From positions 11,324 to 75,323 of IMG/VR virus record IMGVR_UViG_3300023313_000006: 64,000 bases of DNA. The stretch is one strand, 5' to 3'. Of the stretch, positions 48,752-56,442 are shown in pieces (within the stretch, counting starts at the first letter, position 1; every line of letters begins with the position of its first letter). The position numbers and the translations under genes were made by a program. Below the pieces are notes generated by a model. The model did not search any database. It saw only the letters and a list, made by a program, of their open reading frames with translations, and had not been told where the DNA came from. The stretch is from a virus.

Positions 48752-50233
48752 GTGTACACCCAAGAACTGAAAGATTTTTGCTTCGATACAAAAGACAAAT
48801 CAACAAACACGCTACATCAAAACAAGCGAATGATGTCACTTTTGCTTTCAGAAACTTCGTTCTTGAATCACCACAACCCAACATTGAGAGTTAGACGTGA
48901 TTTTGTTGTAAAAAATTCAAAATCAATCCCTAGTTGTTCATTTTGCGGCAACGAAACAGTGATGACGACAAGAAACGACAAATTCAAAAAATACTGTTCA
49001 TTAGATTGTGAAAGAAAAGCGAAAACGAAAACATGCGACAAAATCTTTGACAAGGAATGGTTGATCTATCAAAGAACAGAACTCAAAAAATCGAAAGATG
49101 ATTTGTCCAGAGAATTAAACGTTTCGTACAAAACAATCGACGAAGCATTGTCTAATTTTGACATCAACGACAACATTTGCTTAGTTGACAAAAGAATTCG
49201 TACTATTTTGACAAACAAAAAACGATTAGCAAGATTCTACAACAAGTTTTCGACGCACGAAATAGCAGACTTGTTTGGTGTGTCCGTTGGAACAGTCATC
49301 AAGCATTTGAAAAAACATGAAATCGAAATCAAACCACCGAATTATTGGCACAAAAGTTTCAAGAAACGAAGCAAAGGCGAAAAAGAATTGTTTGATTTCG
49401 TTAATTCTTTGACAAAAGCAAAGCATTCGGATAGAACGGTTTTGAATGGCAAAGAACTGGATGTCTATGTGCCATCGCTCGGTGTCGCATTTGAATTTAA
49501 TGGCATCTACTATCATTCAGAACGATTCATCGACAAAAACAGTCACTATGAAAAAACAAAGCAATGTCAGGAAAAAGGTGTGACGCTATATCACATTTGG
49601 GAAGATGATTGGACGAACAAACAAGCCATCTGGAAGTCGAGAATCAGATCAATTTTGGGGAAAACAGAACGAAAAATCTATGCTAGAGATTGTCGGGTCA
49701 AAGATATTTCATCGAAAGAGAAAAACGATTTTCTTGAACGAACCCATTTACAAGGGCGAGATTTCGCCAAGCACAAGTTGGGATTGTTCCACAATGACAA
49801 ATTGGTGGCCGTGATGACATTCAGCAAAGATCGATCGAACAAGAACGATCATGTTCTTTCAAGATTTTCATGCGAATTGAACGCGACCGTTGTTGGTGGG
49901 TTCTCGAAATTGCTAGCACACTTCAAGCGAAACAACGAAGGCAACATTGTCACCTATGCCGATTTGTCATATACGGACGGCAACGTTTACATTAAAAACG
50001 GATTTGTTGAATCCAAGCTCTACAAAAGCAATTACTGGTATGTGATCGATTCGAAGCGCGCCCACAAATCAAATTTCTCAAAATCAGCAATGAAAAAGAG
50101 ATTTCCAAATTTCGATTTCAAATCAAATACAGAAACCGAAATGGCACACGAGTTGGGTTATTTTAGACTATTCGGTGCTGGAATGAAAACGTTTTCTCTA
50201 AATAATCATCATGCTAGACTTTCTGAAATCTAA
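48752..50233 (+). CDS. Hef-like free-standing endonuclease (HTH/Zn, Vsr/PD-(D/E)XK-like, GNAT-like C-terminus)
   Basis: SKGEKELF, ELDVYVP...AFEFNGIYYH, HIWEDDW, KIYAR.C, HLQG, GGFSKLL, TYAD; candidate promoter at 48697-48724. Confidence 0.75.
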   Translation: MYTQELKDFCFDTKDKSTNTLHQNKRMMSLLLSETSFLNHHNPTLRVRRDFVVKNSKSIPSCSFCGNETVMTTRNDKFKKYCSLDCERKAKTKTCDKIFDKEWLIYQRTELKKSKDDLSRELNVSYKTIDEALSNFDINDNICLVDKRIRTILTNKKRLARFYNKFSTHEIADLFGVSVGTVIKHLKKHEIEIKPPNYWHKSFKKRSKGEKELFDFVNSLTKAKHSDRTVLNGKELDVYVPSLGVAFEFNGIYYHSERFIDKNSHYEKTKQCQEKGVTLYHIWEDDWTNKQAIWKSRIRSILGKTERKIYARDCRVKDISSKEKNDFLERTHLQGRDFAKHKLGLFHNDKLVAVMTFSKDRSNKNDHVLSRFSCELNATVVGGFSKLLAHFKRNNEGNIVTYADLSYTDGNVYIKNGFVESKLYKSNYWYVIDSKRAHKSNFSKSAMKKRFPNFDFKSNTETEMAHELGYFRLFGAGMKTFSLNNHHARLSEI

Positions 50234-50459
50234 CATCAAGGACTTGGGCTGGACGGGTGTTGTGATCGTCATGGTGACAAGCGCATGGCTAGCACAAGGC
50301 CAAAAAATTAACAAGCTATCGCTCGAATTGGGCGAATTGAGATCTGACGTGAAGCACATGAACGTCTTATTTGAAATCACGACCAAAAATTGTAGCAAAA
50401 TGGCTGGGATCGATCTACCCGAAATTCCAAGATTAGAAACGTTAGAGATCGAAAAATGA
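50211..50459 (+). CDS. Small TM plus coiled-coil late protein
   Basis: Late promoter TAAATA at 50199-50204; one TM segment. Confidence 0.55.
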   Translation: MLDFLKSNIKDLGWTGVVIVMVTSAWLAQGQKINKLSLELGELRSDVKHMNVLFEITTKNCSKMAGIDLPEIPRLETLEIEK

Positions 50460-50617
50460 GTTGGGTGTTAGTCATTATCGCCGTCTATACTTCGCAAGGT
50501 TGGATTCCTTACAATCAACCAAAAGAAGTTGCTGCTTTTGCTGATCGGCAGAGCTGTAAAGCGGCTTTGTCAAGTTATCAAGCAAAAGGCTTTCAAGGCT
50601 ACTGCTACCCGCGCTAA
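50456..50617 (+). CDS. Small secreted/membrane ORF (53 aa)
   Basis: MSWVLVIIAVY...F..RQSCKAA...CYPR; ATGA overlap; below the track cutoff. Confidence 0.55.
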   Translation: MSWVLVIIAVYTSQGWIPYNQPKEVAAFADRQSCKAALSSYQAKGFQGYCYPR

Positions 50618-52101
50618 ATCTCGACGTTCATCACCGTATAGTCAAATTTTTCATCATTGTAGTATTTCACGCGCTCAATGAAATGCTGTAACGAATAATT
50701 TTGTCTCGATTTCCACGACAAATCATCACAAATATCATACAACACCACGTCTGTTTTTTGAGCATTCATCCGCAAACCACGACCGATCGATTGTAGCGTT
50801 CGGATTTTCGATTTGGATGGTGAACAAAAGAACACTGAATGAATGTTTTTGATTGACACGCCGGTCGAACTTGTACCAAGCGAAGCAATCAAAATAGCAT
50901 TCTCTTTTTGTTCCATGCTTTTGCGAATTTCATCACGCTTGTCCGCAGAAACAGAACCATCAATGAAATAGACTGTTCTGTTTTCATCAACCATATTTTT
51001 AATCGTTTCGAACAAAATCTTGCCGTGCCGTTTATGATTGAACAACAATAAGCAGTTGCGCTTTTGAAGAACAGCACTTCTTGCTATAAACAAATTCCTG
51101 TTCGCGTTTTCATAGAGCCATTTCATTTCGTCTTGATACTTGACCTTTTTCATGTTCTGGCAAATTTCTTGCGGATATTTCAACACGACTGCTCGAATGC
51201 TCAAATCAGCAACTTTCTTGGCATCCATCAATTCTTTTGTTGTGATGACTTTATAGATGTCACCAAACAAACCATTCAAAGTCAATTCGTTTGTTTTAGC
51301 ACCACTCAATGTGCCGGTCAAGCCAAATTTGTAGGGGCAGTTGGTCAACGAATTCATAATTTTCTGGATGCTGTTTGCTGTTGCTAGATGACATTCATCA
51401 CAAATAATAGCATCAAACATATCGAAAAACTTGGGCGGCATTCGGAAAATGCTCTGCCACGTCGAAATGTAAACTTGCTTGTCCGAATACTTGTCTTTGC
51501 CGCTCATAATCTGGTGACAATTATCAGCAACATCCCATGAATCATGCGTCGAATAATCGGCAAAATCCGAATACATTTGAAGCACCAAACCAGTTGTCGG
51601 CACAAGAATCAAAATTTTCTTGTTGGTGATGTTTTGAAGGAACCTAGTAACGATATAGACAATCAAGCTCTTGCCGCTGGACGTTGGCGACAAAATCAAT
51701 CCTCTTTTGTTGCGCAACATTTCGCAAACAGCTCGCTTTTGATAGTCGTATGCTTCGATTTTCGTTTCGCCGCAATGAAGATTCAAGCTAGACACGAATT
51801 TGTCAATCAATTTTTCATCGATTCGCTTGTCAATCGACACCGCCTTTGGTTCGATCGACACACTATAGCCACGACTTTCAGCAAAAGCGACGATGTGGCT
51901 AATCAGTCCAATATAAATCGAGCAATCAAATGTGCGGAACAAGCGGATTTTGCCGTCCCATTGTTTGTTTTTATATTTGGGTGTGAATTGAAACCCATCG
52001 ACATAGAACGAAAAGTATTCGTTCAATTCTTCGGCGATGCTGCGCACACAATCGATGCGAGCATACACGTCGTCTTTTTTATAAATCACAATGTCCGTCA
52101 T
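50614..52101 (-). CDS. uvsW: UvsW SF2 helicase
   Basis: WDGKIRL, SPTSSGKS, DECH, GLTGT, QSIGRGLR. Confidence 0.95.
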   Translation of the reverse strand: MTDIVIYKKDDVYARIDCVRSIAEELNEYFSFYVDGFQFTPKYKNKQWDGKIRLFRTFDCSIYIGLISHIVAFAESRGYSVSIEPKAVSIDKRIDEKLIDKFVSSLNLHCGETKIEAYDYQKRAVCEMLRNKRGLILSPTSSGKSLIVYIVTRFLQNITNKKILILVPTTGLVLQMYSDFADYSTHDSWDVADNCHQIMSGKDKYSDKQVYISTWQSIFRMPPKFFDMFDAIICDECHLATANSIQKIMNSLTNCPYKFGLTGTLSGAKTNELTLNGLFGDIYKVITTKELMDAKKVADLSIRAVVLKYPQEICQNMKKVKYQDEMKWLYENANRNLFIARSAVLQKRNCLLLFNHKRHGKILFETIKNMVDENRTVYFIDGSVSADKRDEIRKSMEQKENAILIASLGTSSTGVSIKNIHSVFFCSPSKSKIRTLQSIGRGLRMNAQKTDVVLYDICDDLSWKSRQNYSLQHFIERVKYYNDEKFDYTVMNVEI

Positions 52102-52496
52102 ATTCCAGCAGCAAACTTCCTAAATTCAATCGCGTCTTTAATCAGATATGATAGACCAGAAATCTGTTTACACACGCTCTCCAAGTAATTAGCGCACGAT
52201 TTCTCATATTCCAATTTCATTTTCAGTTTTTGAAGCTCTTTGTCACCGGCCATCATCACATCGATTTCCGCTTTATTTTTCAACACAACTTCATAGTCGT
52301 TGCGATAGTACATATATTTCTTAGCAGCCAGCTCGTCATATTCACTTTGAAGTTTCAAGCACATCAACACGCACTCACTATGGAGTTGTAGGTACTTGGA
52401 ATACAGGATCGGTACTTTGACGGCAGATTCATCGAGATTGTTTTTGTCGATGACCAAATCTCTTGCTACTTGTTGATGTAAATGCTGTAAATCCAT
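52098..52496 (-). CDS. uvsY: Recombination mediator UvsY
   Basis: DL.ID...LD....P.LYSKYL, YLE.....I....Y.IK.AIE.RKF.AG. Confidence 0.9.
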   Translation of the reverse strand: MDLQHLHQQVARDLVIDKNNLDESAVKVPILYSKYLQLHSECVLMCLKLQSEYDELAAKKYMYYRNDYEVVLKNKAEIDVMMAGDKELQKLKMKLEYEKSCANYLESVCKQISGLSYLIKDAIEFRKFAAGI

Positions 52497-52502
52497 GAAG
52501 CA

Positions 52503-52531
52503 ATCTTACCAGAAACGAATCAAATTGTCAA
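52503..52531 (-). promoter_or_regulatory. Sigma70-type promoter for uvsY-uvsW (leaderless)
   Basis: TTGACA-17 nt-TAAGAT, with the ATG 6 nt after the -10 box. Confidence 0.8.
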
Positions 52532-52539
52532 GCAAAAAA

Positions 52540-53013
52540 TCAAACGCTCACTGAAAAGTCTTGATAGTAAAATGTGACCGATGCGGTCAACACACGATTG
52601 TCGCCGACCGATGTGAATTGAACTTCGCTCAACACCGACGGGAACATTCCAACAAAAACGAATGTCATCAGCGGCGTCGAATTGTTCGATAGAATCGTCA
52701 ATGAACCATCGCTCAACAAATCGCGTCGATTAGCAGCGCCAGCATTCCCCGTTCCCATGCTTCGCATCCAGTTGAAGATGTCAAGATATGATTTCAAATC
52801 TTCGTCGATGGCGAAAGTGACGATCATTGGGTCGAACGTCATCTTTTCGGACGGGAATGGAATGTCATTGAATGTGTTGGGTTGAACAACAGCACCAACA
52901 CTAACCGTTGGCAGTGTCGCCTCAATGATTTGAAAATTGAAGTGCGGACTTTTCTCGATGGTGAGAAGATAGTTTGACGAATAAGCGTCGTTGGTTGTGA
53001 ATGTTGTAGCCAT
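52540..53013 (-). CDS. gp3: Tail completion / tube terminator gp3
   Basis: P.FNF......LP, FDP..V.F.IDEDL..Y..I..WM, SD..L.IL.N, FP..L. Confidence 0.9.
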   Translation of the reverse strand: MATTFTTNDAYSSNYLLTIEKSPHFNFQIIEATLPTVSVGAVVQPNTFNDIPFPSEKMTFDPMIVTFAIDEDLKSYLDIFNWMRSMGTGNAGAANRRDLLSDGSLTILSNNSTPLMTFVFVGMFPSVLSEVQFTSVGDNRVLTASVTFYYQDFSVSV

Positions 53014-53051
53014 GATTCTATTTAGTTGGTTGACGAGAGACTTAGAAGCCG

Positions 53052-53129
53052 TAAAATCGATTATATGGCGTTTTAGATTGTCTGAAAGGGGTAAGCATAT
53101 CCAACAACGTTAAAATGAATCCTAGCGCA
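53052..53129. repeat. 78-bp three-box element, copy 1
   Basis: Ungapped match to 54775-54852. Confidence 0.85.
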
Positions 53130-53139
53130 AATATGGACG

Positions 53140-53610
53140 TTTGACGACGATGACGGAACGATGAAACGAGATCGATTGAATGGTTGAACGAGAAAATTGA
53201 TTTGAATGGTTGGAAGAAGATCAGCGATGGAATGGCGAAAAGAAAATCGATTGAATGATGACGATTGCTGATCGTTGATTGTTGAATGAAAGATGAGTTG
53301 AAGAAGAACATTGAATGAAATCGATTTGAAGAAGATAATTGAATGATGACCAAAAAGAGAATTGATTGCTGATCGTTGATTGTTGAATGAAAGATGAGTT
53401 GAAGAAGATCGATTGAATGATGTGATTGTTGTCTATCGATAATCAATTCAGTTAGCTATTGCTGTAATCTATTCAGTTAGCTATTGCTGTAATCATCTAT
53501 TCAATCAATGCTGTAATCATCTATTCAGTTATCTGTAGTTGTTCTTGTTGTTATCTGTTGTTCTATCTGTTGTCTATTTCTCTTTCTTTTTCCCATAATC
53601 ATCTTTAATC
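53140..53610. repeat. Strand-skewed low-complexity repeat tract, putative replication origin
   Basis: 45-bp perfect direct repeat at 53263-53307 and 53364-53408; 24-bp repeat at 53446-53469 and 53471-53494; purine-to-pyrimidine switch near 53440. Confidence 0.65.
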
Positions 53611-53634
53611 ATTTCAAAATGCATGCAGGCTGCC

Positions 53635-53744
53635 GCCTGCGGAGGTCGGAGAACGTCAACTACTCACGAAGCACTGAAAAACAAGGGACAAAAAAGCCCC
53701 TTTTCAGCCCGTGAGTGGTGAACATTCTCCGACCTCCGCAGGCG
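53635..53744. other. Long GC-rich hairpin
   Basis: CGCCTGCGGAGGTCGGAGAA pairs with TTCTCCGACCTCCGCAGGCG (20 bp perfect), with further internal stems. Confidence 0.9.
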
Positions 53745-54583
53745 CTCTTGGTAAATTAACCAATAGAACAAAAAATGTTCCGTCTGCGTTTAGGCCGTGT
53801 TCACGCCATCGTATGCTTTTCAAGAGCAGGGCATACGATTAGAGAGATTCCTTACCATCCGCTGCTGTCGGACGGGATACCACCCCGTTCTCTCTACCCT
53901 ATTTGCATGTTGCCAACAAATCGACGAGCGATTTGCGGTGTACGATAGTAATGGTGTTGTCCAATCACCATGAAGGTCAGATCGATTTCCGCCCCAACCT
54001 TCTTTTCCTACCTAAGCGATGACACCATAGCAAAACAGGACGTGTATTTTTCGAGTTGCTATTGTTTTACAGTGTCTCGCCGTTGCCGAACACGCGGCCA
54101 TCGTTTCGTGACGTGATTCTATGCTATTCGTTTTCGTCTAATGAAGCTATTTGTCGTTTCTTGCTTTTCGTGCCTATGGTCTATTGCGACTCTTTGCGGC
54201 TAATTTCGTTGCTAATTTTTTTGACACTTCATTCTTGCGACTATTTTCATGCTGTCACTTTGTTGTCACTAACGACGTTACAACAATTCAATAAAGCCGT
54301 ACTGGGGTTGCCGCCTTTGGTATCGCACTTCCGTTAAGCGGCTTGCCAATTCTTCGGGGGACGTAGTGCTATCAAAACCCTGATTGCGGAATGTGTCCAT
54401 TCAGCATGATCGTTCACTTCATGCCCAAACGCAATCCTGCTTCCGAAGTTTATGCTTCAACAATCATCGAATCAACTTTGCCCAACAATCCATCTTAGAT
54501 GCGCTCTTGCTGGCACGCCGTATCATCTATGTTTCCACAAAGGCTCGAAATTCAAATGAACACCAAATGAATAACACGCCTTG
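53635..54583 (-). ncRNA. Putative large structured non-coding RNA (family not recognised)
   Basis: No credible ORF; downstream of two perfect promoters; more than 12 helices including long-range closures; GCAA tetraloops on the minus strand. The 3' end is uncertain. Confidence 0.65.
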
Positions 54584-54589
54584 TAGCGA

Positions 54590-54618
54590 ATTATAGCACA
54601 AAGAAAATACCGTGTCAA
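54590..54618 (-). promoter_or_regulatory. Perfect sigma70 promoter P1 (leftward)
   Basis: TTGACA (54618-54613), 17 nt, TATAAT (54595-54590). Confidence 0.9.
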
Positions 54619-54727
54619 GCACTTTTTTTCGATGCGCTAAAAATCAGCTACAGTTCTACTTAGGTTTTTTTTGAAATCAAATTCAACCCCTGATTTCAAA
54701 ATCGTGTCAAATTGACACACGCGACAA

Positions 54728-54756
54728 ATTATAGCGCGGTTGATTCCTCTTGTCAA
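54728..54756 (-). promoter_or_regulatory. Perfect sigma70 promoter P2 (leftward)
   Basis: TTGACA (54756-54751), 17 nt, TATAAT (54733-54728); shares about 30 bp of upstream sequence with P1. Confidence 0.9.
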
Positions 54757-54774
54757 GCACTTTTTTCGACGCGC

Positions 54775-54852
54775 TAAAATCGATTCTATGGCGTTTTAAT
54801 TTCTTGGCAGTGGGTAGGCATAGGCAAAGCCATTAAAATCAATTCTAGCGCA
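54775..54852. repeat. 78-bp three-box element, copy 2
   Basis: Ungapped match to 53052-53129. Confidence 0.85.
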
Positions 54853-54888
54853 CTTTTCGGCACCAGAACAGCATGAAAAAGATTTTGC

Positions 54889-54917
54889 TTGACAAATTCA
54901 ACCCGAGCATATATAAT
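54889..54917 (+). promoter_or_regulatory. Perfect sigma70 promoter for dda (leaderless)
   Basis: TTGACA-17 nt-TATAAT, with ATG at 54925. Confidence 0.9.
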
Positions 54918-54924
54918 TCTCGCC

Positions 54925-56400
54925 ATGAAAAAAGAAATCATCATCACGCCGCTCAATGGCGAAGCAGTGCGCAAAGCAAAACAGCATATCGGCAAGACGT
55001 TTGATCGTTTTGATTTTGTCTGTCGTCCCGGTTTCATTGATATTGACGGTATCGGTAGGTGTAAGTGGAACGCACCGGCCAATGAAATCAGTAACATCAA
55101 TTCGGTTCGTTTGGTCACCAAAAACAATCGATTCGTTTTGTTGATCTCCGCCGAATCGAACGACAAGAAAATCAACAACGAAAAATACTCACCACCAAAA
55201 CCGACGAAGGAACAACAAGCTGTCATTGATTCTGTTTGCGATTTGGTTGCTGTCGGGCAGCATTGTTGTATCGATGCTCCCGCTGGTACGGGTAAAACAT
55301 TCATGCTTCGTTTTTTGATTAACGCGATTGAAGGCAAAGCCAATCGCAGAGTTAGTGTTTGTTCGACCACACACAAATCAATAGCAGTCATCGAAAAAAA
55401 CATTGGTTTCAAAGACGTTTTCACCATTCATTCATTGCTTGGCGTGAAGCCCGTCATTGATTATGAAACGGGAAAAGAAAAATATACGATTGACACATCG
55501 ATACCCGCGAAGATTCGTGCTGGCGAAGTTGTTATTTGTGATGAATCATCGATGATTAACGCTGAATTGCTTGAATTGATCGTCGAATGTATCAACGAGT
55601 TGAAGTGCGTTTTTGTTTTCATTGGTGATTCAAAGCAGTTGCCGCCAGTGAATGAAGATATTGCTATGGCTCTGAACATCCCGAACAAATTTACTTTGTC
55701 AAAGATTGTTCGTCACGATAATTCGATTGTTGACGCGTCTGTTTACATGCGAGAATGTATTGATAGTGGTGTCGTTCCATCGGTCGAAGTCTTTGAACAA
55801 TATGAAGATATTGAAATCATCCGCGACGAACGAAAATTCAATTCACTGTTCTTTGACATGGTTGAACATCAAAAATCGGTCTTGTTTGTTGCTTGGACGA
55901 ACAGACGTGTCGATGCTCATGCTCGCGCGACGAGAAAGCATTTGGGTTATCCAGAAGATAATTTTGTCCGTGGTGAAGTGATTGTCTTGAATGCTCCGGT
56001 TGTTGTTGGTGGCAATATCAAAGCACAAAACAATTCGGTTCACGTCATCAAGAATGTCAAAGACGTTGTTATCGAAGATGTGCCAATGAAAGCGGTGACG
56101 ACTTATGAAGGATTGAAATTCAACACCGCTGTTGACAACACGCTGATCGAAAGCAAATTGTCTAGTTTGGCGAATGCTGCTAGAAAGAATCCGATCACTG
56201 GATGGAAGAAATACTACCGATTCAAAGAAACGTGCGTGCCTATATCATTTCACCATTCGTGTACCGTTCATAAATCGCAAGGTTCGACGGTCGAAAGCGT
56301 TTTTGTTGACTATAACAATATAGCACAAGCCGACATTGCTTCAAAGTTGCTCTATGTAGCAATCACGCGCGCGTCAAAGCGAGTTTACATTCTTGCTTGA
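54925..56400 (+). CDS. dda: Dda/RecD-like SF1B helicase
   Basis: APAGTGKT, TIHSLL, DESSM, GD.KQLPPV, TVHKSQGST, LYVAITRA. The track's start at 54889 is the -35 box. Confidence 0.9.
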   Translation: MKKEIIITPLNGEAVRKAKQHIGKTFDRFDFVCRPGFIDIDGIGRCKWNAPANEISNINSVRLVTKNNRFVLLISAESNDKKINNEKYSPPKPTKEQQAVIDSVCDLVAVGQHCCIDAPAGTGKTFMLRFLINAIEGKANRRVSVCSTTHKSIAVIEKNIGFKDVFTIHSLLGVKPVIDYETGKEKYTIDTSIPAKIRAGEVVICDESSMINAELLELIVECINELKCVFVFIGDSKQLPPVNEDIAMALNIPNKFTLSKIVRHDNSIVDASVYMRECIDSGVVPSVEVFEQYEDIEIIRDERKFNSLFFDMVEHQKSVLFVAWTNRRVDAHARATRKHLGYPEDNFVRGEVIVLNAPVVVGGNIKAQNNSVHVIKNVKDVVIEDVPMKAVTTYEGLKFNTAVDNTLIESKLSSLANAARKNPITGWKKYYRFKETCVPISFHHSCTVHKSQGSTVESVFVDYNNIAQADIASKLLYVAITRASKRVYILA

Positions 56401-56425
56401 CAATCTCTTTCTGTTATGCTATAAT
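56397..56425 (+). promoter_or_regulatory. Sigma70 promoter for gp55-gp47-gp46
   Basis: TTGACA-17 nt-TATAAT; the -35 box overlaps the dda stop codon. Confidence 0.85.
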
Positions 56426-56442
56426 TCAAAAAATAAGTTGAG

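Noticed and set aside
51064-52188. Plus-strand ORFs of 107 and 214 aa
   Set aside because: Antisense shadows of uvsW.
53042-53446. 134-aa minus-strand ORF
   Set aside because: Low-complexity translation of the repeat tract, with no RBS.
53140-53610. CRISPR array
   Set aside because: Only two copies of each repeat, the intervening sequence is made of the same low-complexity words, and no cas genes are present.
54293-54344. Group II intron domain V (AGCCGTAC...CGGCTT)
   Set aside because: Length and bulge do not fit domain V, no domain VI or RT is present, and no gene is interrupted.
54056-54596. Plus-strand ORFs of 93 and 70 aa
   Set aside because: TTG starts, no RBS, atypical composition, and antisense to two strong promoters.
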